In this document: positions 34,183 to 43,977 of the stretch, one piece after another
How the letters are laid out: each line of letters begins with the position of its first letter
Numbering within the stretch: the first letter of the stretch is position 1
Notes under the pieces: generated by a model
Databases searched by the model: none
What the model was told of the DNA's origin: nothing
The model's input: only the letters and a program-made list of their open reading frames with translations
Translations under genes and position numbers: made by a program
Assembly: GCA_963726255.1 (NCBI GenBank)
Contig: CAVSBL010000002.1
Span: 1,540,122-1,604,121, forward strand
Reading direction: 5' to 3'
Origin: Candidatus Bathyarchaeota archaeon
GTDB lineage: Archaea; Thermoproteota; Bathyarchaeia; 40CM-2-53-6
DNA length: 64,000 nt

Positions 34183-34707
34183 ATGAAGGGCAGGAACTAC
34201 AGGCAAATCAAAGGCCAACCATATACTAGGGGAAAGTACATTCACGGCACTCCTCCGCCGAAAATCTCAAAGTTCATGATGGGCGACACGAAATCGCATT
34301 TCGAATACAAAATATCCCTGGTTGCACAGAGCCCTGAACAGATTCGCCATAATGCACTCGAAGCTGCTCGCGTTTCCGCAAACAAGGTGTTGTTCGACGT
34401 ATTGGGCGAAACGGGCTACAAGATTCACCTCCGTGTCTACCCTCACGTCATTCTACGAGAGAACCGGATGATCGCAACGGCAGGCGCCGACAGGTTGCAA
34501 GAGGGAATGCGAAGAGCCTTCGGTAAACCAACCGGCAGAGCCGCGAGGGTCAAGACAGGGCAGTCAATCCTAGACATTTACGTTAACAGCAACGCGGTCG
34601 ACACTGCCAAGAAAGCAATGCACGTCGCGTCCACAAAACTTGCAGTTGCCTGTATCGTAACGCAAGAAGCCCTGGCACCGTTACCTACCCCGGTCGTAGT
34701 GAAATGA
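34183..34707 (+). CDS. rpl10e: 50S ribosomal protein L10e (uL16)
   Basis: YRQIKGQPYTRGKYIHG...RVYPHVILRENRM...GADRLQEGMRRAFGKP. Confidence 0.9.
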   Translation: MKGRNYRQIKGQPYTRGKYIHGTPPPKISKFMMGDTKSHFEYKISLVAQSPEQIRHNALEAARVSANKVLFDVLGETGYKIHLRVYPHVILRENRMIATAGADRLQEGMRRAFGKPTGRAARVKTGQSILDIYVNSNAVDTAKKAMHVASTKLAVACIVTQEALAPLPTPVVVK

Positions 34708-34881
34708 GCTCCCGGCGTAGCGAACTCTCCAGAAAATTCCGCGGAAAAATCCTCGAGGCCGACCTACGTGAGTTTGCACGTCATGCGCGGGGAGTTGCGT
34801 CGACAATTGCTAGATCAGAATACTATTCAATGGTTCTGTTCGCAGCGGGCCTCATAATTCCGAAGATGCTGAGCGCCCCCC

Positions 34882-35604
34882 TTATTTCTGACCACAAACT
34901 AACGCGACCACACCTAACGTCATCTTCTCGGAAAATGTACGCTTGAATCCTGCGCCGAGGAGCGCGTCCGAGGTTTCATCCGCTGAGGCGGATTCCAGTA
35001 TCGTATTTGCAAGATAGGTCAAAGTTCGTTTCCAATAGCTGGAAACTAGTCCACCAAGAGGGGGAAGGACGTGAAATATGTGGAAATTGTAGAGCCGCCA
35101 CACGATAGCCCCTTCTGGCCTTACGAAGTCGACTGAAAGAAACCAACCTGATCGAAGCAGAACTCTCAGCGTGTCCCGGAACGCAGCCAATTTGTCGCCA
35201 AAGTTACGCAACGCCAAACCAACCGTCACGTACCTGAAACTTTCAGAGCGAAATGGAAGAGCCTCGCCGGCAGCCCTTACAAAATCCACCTTAAGCCCTC
35301 CGCGAATCTTGTGCTTTTTTCGGTTAGCTATACTCAGCATCGCAGGACTCAGATCCAAACCCACGACCCAACCGTCCTGCTTAAGCACACGGCTCAACTC
35401 GAAAGTAACTAACCCTGTCCCGCAAGCCAAGTCCAATATCATGACCTCTCGTGAGAAATCCATTTTAGCGAACATGCGCCTCCTCCAAACCCAGTCGAAT
35501 GAAAGCGTCATCAAGTGGAGTAAGGCATCGTACTCTCTCTCCACATCGGTGAAGATTACTCTGACGAATCTCGCCTTATCAACGAACATTGTTGGAATTT
35601 CCAT
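34882..35604 (-). CDS. UbiE/COQ5-type class I SAM-dependent methyltransferase
   Basis: ILDLACGTGLVTFEL motif I, RYVTVGLALRNF. Confidence 0.75.
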   Translation of the reverse strand: MEIPTMFVDKARFVRVIFTDVEREYDALLHLMTLSFDWVWRRRMFAKMDFSREVMILDLACGTGLVTFELSRVLKQDGWVVGLDLSPAMLSIANRKKHKIRGGLKVDFVRAAGEALPFRSESFRYVTVGLALRNFGDKLAAFRDTLRVLLRSGWFLSVDFVRPEGAIVWRLYNFHIFHVLPPLGGLVSSYWKRTLTYLANTILESASADETSDALLGAGFKRTFSEKMTLGVVALVCGQK

Positions 35605-35677
35605 CTGAGTCCCTCGCTTCAGCGCCTCTCACGCAAAGGAACGGTTAAGTTGTGCAGTAAGCCTGCTACACCGATGT

Positions 35678-36694
35678 TTGGCAATGTTCCAACTGGAAGA
35701 AGATAGAATAATAGATGAGATAAGAAGGCGCGGTTCAAAACGTATCCTTCTCCAAATGCCTGAAGGCCTGAAACCAACCGGATTTCGACTGGCAAAGTTA
35801 CTCGAGAAGGAGACAAAAGCCGAAGTATTCGTCTCAGGTGACCCTTGTTACGGCGCCTGCGACCTTGCGCTCTACCCGCAGAAACATGTTGACGCTGATT
35901 TACTGGTCCACCTCGGGCACGCGGAGATTCCTGGGGAATTCCCTGACGAGAACGTTCTGTACGTTGAAGTGCGAGCGGATGTGTCAATAGTAGAACCGAT
36001 GATCCAAGCCGTCAAATTGCTAGAGAAGGAGCACGTGATCGGGCTCGCTTCAAACATCCAGCATATTCACCAGATCGATAAAGCTAGAGAAATTCTGGAA
36101 GAACACGGAAAGCAAGTGCTCATCGGTCGGCCCTCGGGCTGGCTGAAGTATCCCGGGCAAGTTCTGGGATGCGATTATGGCAGCGTCAGAGCGATCGCAG
36201 GAAAAATCGACGCCGTAGTAATCTTGAGCGGGGGGGATTTTCACGCGCTCGGTATTCCGCTAGCAATAGGCAAAAGGACCATCGTCGTCGACCCATTTCA
36301 GCAAACAGCGAAGGACATGACCGAAGTCTGCCGAAAGCTTCTCCGGAAGAGGTGGATCAGCATTGAAAGATTCAAGCAAGCTGGGAGGATCGGAATCATC
36401 GTAGGTTTGAAGAGTAGTCAAATGAACATCTCCCTTGCGCGGCGGCTGAAGGAGCTCTTGGAGGAGAAGGGATATTCAACTATCCTGATTTGTGCAACCG
36501 AGGTGATTCCGGAAACCTTGGGATCCTTCACGGACCTAGATGCCTACGTCGAAATCTCATGCCCACGAATAAGCACCGACGACCAAGAACGATATCGAAA
36601 GCCTATTCTCAACCCAGAAGAAGTGATGATAGCGTTAGGCAAGAAGAGCTGGGAAGATTACACGAAAGGAATGACGTTAGAGGAGTGGCACTAG
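35678..36694 (+). CDS. dph2: Diphthamide synthesis protein Dph2 (2-(3-amino-3-carboxypropyl)histidine synthase)
   Basis: ILLQMPEGLK, GDPCYGACDL, three-domain Dph2 layout, ISCPRIS. Confidence 0.85.
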   Translation: MAMFQLEEDRIIDEIRRRGSKRILLQMPEGLKPTGFRLAKLLEKETKAEVFVSGDPCYGACDLALYPQKHVDADLLVHLGHAEIPGEFPDENVLYVEVRADVSIVEPMIQAVKLLEKEHVIGLASNIQHIHQIDKAREILEEHGKQVLIGRPSGWLKYPGQVLGCDYGSVRAIAGKIDAVVILSGGDFHALGIPLAIGKRTIVVDPFQQTAKDMTEVCRKLLRKRWISIERFKQAGRIGIIVGLKSSQMNISLARRLKELLEEKGYSTILICATEVIPETLGSFTDLDAYVEISCPRISTDDQERYRKPILNPEEVMIALGKKSWEDYTKGMTLEEWH

Positions 36695-36701
36695 CCACCG
36701 C

Positions 36702-37346
36702 TTGGGCTTGAAGGCCCTAATCTTGTCCCCCCGACAAGTCCTCATACGCAAGCGCGACCTAGCCATCAAACTCCAGCAAGTAAGTCCACACCCCGACCCT
36801 AAAGTCGCCCTTGAGCAGTACACTATCCCAGCCGGACTAGCTGCAAGCATCCTCTTCGAAGCATGCTACATATACGATGACATCGAGAACAAATCGGTGG
36901 TAGACCTCGGAACGGGAACGGGCAGACTCGCGCTAGGCGCTTCAATCCTCGGCGCGGAATACGTGGTCGGGGTTGACCTAGACATGCCCAGCCTTGGTGT
37001 CGCATTAAGGCATGCCAAACTGCTGGGGTTACGCCCAGATTGGATACATGGTGACATCGAATGCTTACGAGGGAGGGTCAACACGGTTCTAATGAACCCA
37101 CCATTTGGCACCAGACAACCCCATGCTGATATTCACTTTCTTCAGGTTGCGTTAGCCTTGGGGGCAACAGTCTATAGTATCCACAAGTCTGCAACTCGAC
37201 GGTATCTCATTCGCTGGCTGCACGGACGGGCGGACCTAACTGAAAGAATTCTGAGCGCAAGAATGGAAATTCCACATCAATTCTCCTTTCACAGAAAGCA
37301 AAGGCACCAAGTGGAAGTTGACGTATTCAGAATTCACCCAAGCTAG
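36702..37346 (+). CDS. METTL5-like N6-adenine RNA methyltransferase
   Basis: LEQYTIPAGLAA, VVDLGTGTGRL, VLMNPPFGT (NPPF motif). Confidence 0.7.
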   Translation: MGLKALILSPRQVLIRKRDLAIKLQQVSPHPDPKVALEQYTIPAGLAASILFEACYIYDDIENKSVVDLGTGTGRLALGASILGAEYVVGVDLDMPSLGVALRHAKLLGLRPDWIHGDIECLRGRVNTVLMNPPFGTRQPHADIHFLQVALALGATVYSIHKSATRRYLIRWLHGRADLTERILSARMEIPHQFSFHRKQRHQVEVDVFRIHPS

Positions 37347-37357
37347 TTTCTTTTTCC
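37347..37357 (+). terminator. Oligo-T tract directly after stop codon
   Basis: TTTCTTTTTCC immediately follows TAG 37344-37346. Archaeal terminators are T-rich. Confidence 0.4.
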
Positions 37358-37361
37358 GCCT

Positions 37362-37378
37362 GCCCTTATATACAGGGC
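37362..37378 (+). promoter_or_regulatory. TATA box embedded in a short inverted repeat
   Basis: GCCCT-TATATAC-AGGGC. About 105 nt upstream of csl4. Confidence 0.4.
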
Positions 37379-37481
37379 TGCACCTACCGCCCTCAAATCG
37401 CGCAACTGTTGGAGAAATATCTTCGAACCGCTGACTCGGCGAAGAAATTCAAATCAGGATTAATACTCTGGTGGTTAAAAT

Positions 37482-38054
37482 TTGAGTAAGACACCACGTG
37501 AGATGGCCCAACCCGTTCTCCCCGGCGACAAGTTAGGGGTCGTGGAACAGTTCCTGCCTGGTATTGGCACATACGAAGAGGAAGGCACTATCTATGCGAA
37601 CTTCACAGGAACTGCAAGAATTGATCTGAAGAACAAACGCGTGACCGTCGTTCCAACCACAAGGATCCCGCAACTACCAAAGGAAGGAACAACCGTCCTT
37701 GCTTCCGTCATACACGCGCAGGAGAAAATGGCGACTGTGAATATTTGGAAGATCGACGGCAAGGCGCTGCAGAACCCGTTCACCGCAATCCTCCATATTT
37801 CGTCGTCGAGCCCACGGTATGAGAGAAACATGTCTGACGTATGTAAGTCAGGGGATATACTCCGGGCGCGGGTGATTGATATGACGAACAGAATTCCCAA
37901 ATTGACCACAGCGGGCCGCGGTCTAGGCGTGATTAAGGCGTTCTGCTCCAAGTGTGGAGCTGCCTTGGAGTTCACGAACAGAAAGCTCCAGTGTCCATCT
38001 TGCGGAAACCTTGAGAGAAGGAGGCTCGCAGAGGATTACGGCCAAGCTACCTGA
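37482..38054 (+). CDS. csl4: Exosome complex RNA-binding protein Csl4
   Basis: N-terminal PGDKLGVVEQFLPG, an S1-like core, and the C-terminal Zn ribbon CSKCG...CPSCG. Followed by rpoL as in other archaea. Confidence 0.8.
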   Translation: MSKTPREMAQPVLPGDKLGVVEQFLPGIGTYEEEGTIYANFTGTARIDLKNKRVTVVPTTRIPQLPKEGTTVLASVIHAQEKMATVNIWKIDGKALQNPFTAILHISSSSPRYERNMSDVCKSGDILRARVIDMTNRIPKLTTAGRGLGVIKAFCSKCGAALEFTNRKLQCPSCGNLERRRLAEDYGQAT

Positions 38055-38056
38055 AG

Positions 38057-38350
38057 GTGCAACCAATGGAAGTCAAAGTTCTGTCAAAGGGAAAGAACGA
38101 GCTGAGGCTCGAAATAGTTGGGGAGGACCATACCTTTTGCAACCTACTCCAGAACGTACTACTTGAGGATAAGAATGTGGAGATTGCGGGTTACGACCAG
38201 CCGCACCCCCTAATCAGATCAAGCATTGTTTATCTTAGAACAAAGCGAGAAGCTTCGCCGGAAAAAGCCCTTCTGAATGCTCTAGCTGGTATTCAGGAAC
38301 TTAACAAGGAGTTCAATGAAAAATTCGCTAAGGCCGTCGGGCCCTCCTGA
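38057..38350 (+). CDS. rpoL: DNA-directed RNA polymerase subunit L (Rpb11)
   Basis: ELRLEIVGEDHTFCNLLQNVLLEDKNVEIAGYDQPHPL. Confidence 0.85.
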   Translation: MQPMEVKVLSKGKNELRLEIVGEDHTFCNLLQNVLLEDKNVEIAGYDQPHPLIRSSIVYLRTKREASPEKALLNALAGIQELNKEFNEKFAKAVGPS

Positions 38351-38718
38351 TGAGTAACGAAGAAACACGTCGCAAGGTCATGGGCGATAAGGAACTAGCC
38401 AGCCTTGGAGACGCCTTCGTTAACTTCGTGTATTCACTAGCCTTGACTAACAACAGCGGAAAACCTCAAGGTGTCAAGGTCAGCGACAGAATTCTCGCAG
38501 AGGCTTTCAGGCGCTCGGATCTACGGAAATACCTTGGAACTCGGGTTTCAAGGAAGGACCTCGCAAATGCTTCAGAGTCTCTTTTGGTTGAGGCATACCA
38601 GAGAAAACTCATCACAATCGAGGAGAGCGTGAAGATCCTCAGCGAGAACCCGGAGGGATTGGAGGCCGGACTCTCGGAACTGATGAAACTCGCTGCGGAC
38701 CGCATAGCCCCCAGCTAG
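38350..38718 (+). CDS. RNase III-like (Mini-III-like) domain protein
   Basis: KELASLGDAFVNFVYSLAL resembles the RNase III signature (E..LGDA), and SESLLVEAY the second helix. ATG overlaps the rpoL TGA (TGATG). Confidence 0.45.
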   Translation: MSNEETRRKVMGDKELASLGDAFVNFVYSLALTNNSGKPQGVKVSDRILAEAFRRSDLRKYLGTRVSRKDLANASESLLVEAYQRKLITIEESVKILSENPEGLEAGLSELMKLAADRIAPS

Positions 38719-38732
38719 ATGGTGAATCCCAT

Positions 38733-39263
38733 TTGCTGAAGAAGGAAGCCAGGATCTTAGGCGTAAGCACCACAGCCCATAGAAATGGTACGGCCTTAGT
38801 CGTCGGCGCCGTTTTCAGAGGTCGTTCCTGGCTAGACGGCGTTCTGACATGTTGGATAGAGTCGGAGACTGCTCGCCCGCTTTCGAAAATCTCGAGAACG
38901 ATAATGAGTTCGAGACAGTATTCGCAACTTCATGCTGTGATCCTTGCGAAGGAACAAATCGTCTCCGACCTCGAGATCAACATCACAGAGCTGGCGCGCA
39001 GAGTCAAATTACCAGTCATATCAATTATCAAGAAACGCGCTGCGACGAAGGGAAGTAAGAAGCCGTTCAGAACAAATCATTATGAACTCGAGGTCAACGG
39101 CAAACGTCTTCAGGTCCTGACTAAAGGAATAAGCCGCGAGAAGACCCAAGAATTATTCGCTCTCACTTCCACGCCAAAATCCTCTATTCCCGAAGCCGCG
39201 AGGGTTGCAGATTTGATAGCAGAGCAAGTAACGCTTAAATGGAACTCTCTGGGATTGCCGTAG
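38733..39263 (+). CDS. DUF99/UPF0215-family protein (endonuclease dU-like)
   Basis: ARILGVSTTAH...LVVGAVFRGRSWLDGVL resembles the UPF0215 N-terminus. Weaker match in the middle of the protein. Confidence 0.5.
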   Translation: MLKKEARILGVSTTAHRNGTALVVGAVFRGRSWLDGVLTCWIESETARPLSKISRTIMSSRQYSQLHAVILAKEQIVSDLEINITELARRVKLPVISIIKKRAATKGSKKPFRTNHYELEVNGKRLQVLTKGISREKTQELFALTSTPKSSIPEAARVADLIAEQVTLKWNSLGLP

Positions 39264-39279
39264 CCGGTCGTTATCAAAG

Positions 39280-39603
39280 GTGCAGTTCTGCCCAAAGTGC
39301 GGTTTAGCGCTCCTGCCTACAAAGAAACAGAAATCAATCGTCTTAAGCTGCCCAAAATGCGGCTATGAGACAAAGCGCTCAGACCGAACGGTGCAAAAAC
39401 TGGAACAACAGAAAGAGAACGTTGTCGTCATCGGCAAAGAAGAGCAAAAGATACGCACACTGCCGAAAACCAAAGTCGACTGCCCTAAGTGCGGACACAA
39501 GGAAGCGTTCTATTGGCTTGTACAAACACGGGGAGCAGATGAATCCTCAACGCAGTTCTTCCGTTGCACAAGTTGCGGGAGAACTTGGCGTGAAAATTCC
39601 TAG
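39280..39603 (+). CDS. tfs: Transcription factor S (TFS / RpoM-like)
   Basis: Two Zn ribbons: CPKCG...CPKCG and CPKCGHKEAFYWLVQTRGADESSTQFFRCTSCG. Confidence 0.9.
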   Translation: MQFCPKCGLALLPTKKQKSIVLSCPKCGYETKRSDRTVQKLEQQKENVVVIGKEEQKIRTLPKTKVDCPKCGHKEAFYWLVQTRGADESSTQFFRCTSCGRTWRENS

Positions 39604-39686
39604 TAGGCATTGTCGCGAGTCACACCGCTCAATTAAAATGCGTAATGCTCCCTCTCTAAGGCACGCCCAATATTCGGTGACAGCAA

Positions 39687-40439
39687 ATGTTCAAAGCAAC
39701 TATCAGTGACGCAAGACTTTGGAAGAACCTTCTAGCCGCGATATCCACGCTCATTGAGGAAGCTGACTTCAACGCCGCCCCTGAGGGCATCAAGCTGAGG
39801 TCCATGGACCCATCTCACGTAGCCATGGTTGACTTCGAATGGAACAAATCCGCATTTGAGGAATACACCTGCCTTCAACCGACCAAAATTCGGTTGAACG
39901 TGGCCGACATTGTCAAAAAGTTGCGCGGCGCAGGCCAAGAACCCCTTGAAATGTCATACGACGAAAACACACGAAAGCTGAACATGGTCATCAAGGGTAA
40001 ATGGAAAACTACATTCACTCTGCCCACGCTTGACCCTGGAGACGAAGAAGTCCCAACACCTAAAATTGCATTTAACACGAAAATCAAGATGATCAGCTCA
40101 AGCTTCAAAGACATTATTGATCAGATCCAGACTGTGAGCGATAACGTAAGGTTCGAGACGACACAAGACAGGTTCACGGCAGAAGCCGTTACTGAGTTGA
40201 GTGGAGCCAAAATAGAGCTTGAGAAAGGAAGCGACGTTTTACTAGAGCTGGAAGTCAAAGAACCATGCAAAGCAACCTTCAACCTAAACTACTTGGCCGA
40301 AATCTCAAGGGCCGGCTCGATGGCCGCGGAACTCGTCACACTCGAATTCTCGTCCAACATGCCCGTCAAACTAGAGTATGAAATGCCTCAACAAGGAAGG
40401 TTACTATACTTTCTAGCCCCAAGAATTGAGGCGGAGTAG
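39687..40439 (+). CDS. pcn: DNA polymerase sliding clamp PCNA
   Basis: 250 aa. MFKATISDARLWKNLLAAISTLIEEADF..., two-domain PCNA pattern, C-terminal LYFLAPRIE. Confidence 0.9.
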   Translation: MFKATISDARLWKNLLAAISTLIEEADFNAAPEGIKLRSMDPSHVAMVDFEWNKSAFEEYTCLQPTKIRLNVADIVKKLRGAGQEPLEMSYDENTRKLNMVIKGKWKTTFTLPTLDPGDEEVPTPKIAFNTKIKMISSSFKDIIDQIQTVSDNVRFETTQDRFTAEAVTELSGAKIELEKGSDVLLELEVKEPCKATFNLNYLAEISRAGSMAAELVTLEFSSNMPVKLEYEMPQQGRLLYFLAPRIEAE

Positions 40440-40470
40440 AACTATTAACGCCAAAACGGCATAACCGTTA

Positions 40471-41580
40471 TTGCTTCTTTCCAGCGAATTAGAGGCACTT
40501 AGTATGCAGACGCTTCTAACCAAGTTGGACTTGGCGAAATTTCCTTTCACAGCCGAAGCGTCGAGCTACATAAAGTCACGAGGCATAGATCCTCTTGACC
40601 TTGTGAGACCTGAACTAGTTCCAATACTCGAACGCGCTATGGAGCGGATTAGGCAAGGTGTTTTCAGCGGTAAATTATCCGCCGACCTGACGCAGGAGGA
40701 TGTTGACATACTCGCCTACCCCACGGCGCTGATGTTGATAAGCGCCATGAGGGACGACAGGACCCGACGCCGGTATGCTCTTGCCGAAGCAAAGCGAGCC
40801 TATGAACTTCTGAGGGAGGAAACCCCAGAAAAACTGCTTCAGATTGCGACCGGCACGTTCGGTTGGGACGCGAAACTCGTAGAGCGGGACGTCGGAGACA
40901 GTCATTTTGAGTTTGCTCTCTACTTCACATTTTACGTGAGCAACTCATCCAGAATACACGACCTCAGGTGGAAATTGGTCAACAGAGTTCTCGAGGGAGG
41001 TTATGTTCTACTTCCCCGCGAAGATTTCGCAAGACTGCTGGAAGAAGAAGTTCAATCTAGAGTGCTAGAGAAAACTGCAGACCCAACCGTAGCGCTGCCC
41101 GCGGAACTGGATAAACGCGTTGAACCATTGCGATCCATGCTGAAGGCCCGGTCCCAGTACTTGGCAGCTGATGAAATGCCTCGAGCTGTGATGGCTTCCG
41201 CGATGCCACCGTGCATGAAGAGTTTGCTCAGCCTCCTGCAAACAAGCAAACACATATCCCACATGGGAAGGTTCGCAATGGCTGCTTTCCTACTGAACAT
41301 CGGCACGAACGAAGAGGACCTACTCAAAATGTTCAAGACTTTCACCGATTTCGATGAGAGAATCGCGCGCTATCAAGTGGAACACATTGCAGGGAAGCGC
41401 GGCTCAAGAAGAAAATACACAGCACCGAACTGTAGTACCATGCGAACGCACGGTCTATGTATAAACCCGGACGAATTATGCGGTACAATAAAGCACCCAT
41501 TATCGTACTACAGACGAAAAGCGAGAATCTTGTTCAGACAGGAAAAGGGAAGGCCCTCCCAAAGACAGGCACACAAATAG
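40471..41580 (+). CDS. priL: DNA primase large subunit PriL
   Basis: PPCMKSLL and C-terminal Fe-S cysteines NCSTMRTHGLCINPDELCGTIKHPLSYY. ATG 40504 is an alternative start. Confidence 0.85.
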   Translation: MLLSSELEALSMQTLLTKLDLAKFPFTAEASSYIKSRGIDPLDLVRPELVPILERAMERIRQGVFSGKLSADLTQEDVDILAYPTALMLISAMRDDRTRRRYALAEAKRAYELLREETPEKLLQIATGTFGWDAKLVERDVGDSHFEFALYFTFYVSNSSRIHDLRWKLVNRVLEGGYVLLPREDFARLLEEEVQSRVLEKTADPTVALPAELDKRVEPLRSMLKARSQYLAADEMPRAVMASAMPPCMKSLLSLLQTSKHISHMGRFAMAAFLLNIGTNEEDLLKMFKTFTDFDERIARYQVEHIAGKRGSRRKYTAPNCSTMRTHGLCINPDELCGTIKHPLSYYRRKARILFRQEKGRPSQRQAHK

Positions 41581-41594
41581 ATAGGGACTCACGC

Positions 41595-43967
41595 GTGAAG
41601 ATTAGAAACAAGGTTCTCTGCACAGTCGCAATCATACTGATCGCGGCTACGTTTGTACCCCCTGCATCGCCTGCTCATGCCCTCATCGTAATTCGAGGAC
41701 TGCAGAATCCAACCCGCCAAATCTCAATTTTCGTTGAAGGTGGTCGCGATTTCGACCCCGGTGACGTTCAATTGCTAGGCAATTATGGCGCAGTGACCAC
41801 AGTAGCAGGACCCATTGCTGTCCTTCACACAATGCCAGCTGAGCTACCCGAAATTGCAAGCCTGCCCTTTGTCACACGTATTGAGAATTCCCATTCCCTC
41901 AGCGTTGACCTGGAAAGTGGCGTACCAGACACTGGAGCGCCGCAGGTGTGGAACGAGGTGAAAGATCAGGAAGGCCGCAACGTAACTGGTGCAGGCGTAA
42001 TTGTCGGCTTTGTTGACACAGGCATTGACACTTCGCATCCAGATTTCACCTTCCCTAACGGAACCACGAAAATTATATTCGTCTGGGACCAGTCAACCTC
42101 TGGCCGCCCACCAACTGGCTTCAACTATGGCTACGAGTGCACATCGGCTGATATCCAAGCGGGCAGTTGCCCTGAAACCGATACATTTGGCCACGGAACA
42201 CACGTAGCTGGAATAGCTGCAGGCTCCGGCATGGCGACCGGAAACTTTACCGGAGTAGCTCCCGCCGCGAGCATTATTTTCGTAAAGAGCGGGTATAGCG
42301 TTTGCAATGGCTCAAGTTGGAACTTCGGCACGGCGCAGATCCTAGACGGAATAAACTACATAGTGAGAAAGGCCAAGCAGCTTGGGATGCGTTCGGTCAT
42401 AAGCCTGAGTTTGGGCGGCAACATTGGCGCTCATGATGGGACCGACCCGTTCGAGCTCGGCCTCGACACCTTCGTGAAATCGGGAACGCCGGTTGTTGTT
42501 GCTGCAGGCAATTCAGCACGAGATAACGCCCACATACGGGGGCAATTGACCCAGGGAAACAACGTAACGTTCCAGTTACAGGTTCAGGAAACGACAGTGG
42601 ACCTTCAGATAGATGTGTGGTATTCGCCACAGGATCAAATAAACGCCACTCTAACAACCCCAGATGGACAAACATACCCCGTCCCGACAGCATTAGGAGG
42701 CGTATTGGGCAATTCGGGGAACGTAACAACCACTACTAGTTCCTCGATTACCGGTAAAGAACTGTACCTTGAAGTCAACTCAACCAGCAACCTTCGAACT
42801 ACGGGCTGGAGCGTCACGCTCAAGGCGAATCAAATCCACTCCCTAGGCCTTTGGGATGCATGGACTGACGCGGTAACTTGCTCATATCCGGGAGCGTTCT
42901 TTGTCCCAGGAGATGGATACGCTATCGACCCGCACGATACGGTGGACATACCCGGTACGGCGAAAAATGTCGTAACTGTCGGTGCCTACATTACAAACGC
43001 GTCATGGGTGGGAATGGATGGCCAGACCTATGGGCGCAAAGACATACTGCCCGGTGGAATGGCATCGTTCAGCTCGCTTGGGCCCACCAGGGACGGAAGA
43101 ATTAAGCCGGACGTGGTAGCACCCGGCGCGCTCATCGCATCCGCGAGAGCAAGCGCGATACCTAGACAAAACAGTGACCCGGACCCGTTCCACAGAATCC
43201 TAGCCGGAACGAGCATGGCAACACCACACGTAGCCGGAACCATTGCCCTAATGCTACAGTTCGAACCAAACCTACAAGCCACGGATGTCCCACGAATATT
43301 GGAACATACGGCCCGACTTGACGCACACACCGGAGTGCTTGCGATCGGGTCCCCAACCTGGGGCTTCGGAAAGGTAGATGCTCGCACTGCAACCGGCTTG
43401 TTTCGATTCACCCTGATAACTGGCGAGATTCCAAACTCTGTCGCAGTTCCGCTTCACGTAGATGGTACCCTAAACGTAGAAACCTCAGGCGGTTCTTGGG
43501 TTGATCTATATTTCCCGAAGGGAACCACACACCTGATCTCCTCCGATCCGCAAATTCAAGGTGGGCCTGGGACTCGGTACGAACTAACGAATGCAGTTTT
43601 TCGGGTCTCAGCGAATTCCCTAGAGACGCTAAATTACTCGGTTCAGTACTTACTCATAGTGAATTCGCGTTATGGCCCTACGTTAGGGGGAGGATGGTAC
43701 AATGAAAACGCAACAGCGAAAATTGCTGCCCCAGAACTTGTACGCGCTGACGGGCTGTTGGGCTACTTAGGCATGGAATATGCCTTGGCCTACTGGGCAG
43801 AACCTGAGGGAGAAATTACCTCTAACTCCGTGGTCGTGACTGCGCCAACAACCGTGACGGCCGTTTACGTACCCATGTTTCCATTAGAAACGTTTGTAGC
43901 GATAATTGTGTTCCTGGCAGCGATTGCTGTCACTGCGGTTATTATCGCTAGGAAATGGATGAGTTAG
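41595..43967 (+). CDS. Secreted S8 subtilisin-like serine protease with C-terminal TM anchor
   Basis: VDTGID (Asp), HGTHVAG (His), GTSMATPHVAG (Ser). GTG 41595 gives the signal peptide MKIRNKVLCTVAIILIAATFVPPASPAHA. The tail is TM + ARKWMS. Confidence 0.85.
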   Translation: MKIRNKVLCTVAIILIAATFVPPASPAHALIVIRGLQNPTRQISIFVEGGRDFDPGDVQLLGNYGAVTTVAGPIAVLHTMPAELPEIASLPFVTRIENSHSLSVDLESGVPDTGAPQVWNEVKDQEGRNVTGAGVIVGFVDTGIDTSHPDFTFPNGTTKIIFVWDQSTSGRPPTGFNYGYECTSADIQAGSCPETDTFGHGTHVAGIAAGSGMATGNFTGVAPAASIIFVKSGYSVCNGSSWNFGTAQILDGINYIVRKAKQLGMRSVISLSLGGNIGAHDGTDPFELGLDTFVKSGTPVVVAAGNSARDNAHIRGQLTQGNNVTFQLQVQETTVDLQIDVWYSPQDQINATLTTPDGQTYPVPTALGGVLGNSGNVTTTTSSSITGKELYLEVNSTSNLRTTGWSVTLKANQIHSLGLWDAWTDAVTCSYPGAFFVPGDGYAIDPHDTVDIPGTAKNVVTVGAYITNASWVGMDGQTYGRKDILPGGMASFSSLGPTRDGRIKPDVVAPGALIASARASAIPRQNSDPDPFHRILAGTSMATPHVAGTIALMLQFEPNLQATDVPRILEHTARLDAHTGVLAIGSPTWGFGKVDARTATGLFRFTLITGEIPNSVAVPLHVDGTLNVETSGGSWVDLYFPKGTTHLISSDPQIQGGPGTRYELTNAVFRVSANSLETLNYSVQYLLIVNSRYGPTLGGGWYNENATAKIAAPELVRADGLLGYLGMEYALAYWAEPEGEITSNSVVVTAPTTVTAVYVPMFPLETFVAIIVFLAAIAVTAVIIARKWMS

Positions 43968-43977
43968 CCTGCCGGCT

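Noticed and set aside
34704-34946. 80-codon ORF following rpl10e
   Set aside because: No recognisable features. Its 3' part overlaps the convergent methyltransferase gene and it looks like read-through of an intergenic region.
41457-41594. Long 5' extension of the subtilisin ORF overlapping the priL 3' end
   Set aside because: The extension is the alternative frame of priL. GTG 41595 yields a canonical signal peptide right after the priL stop.
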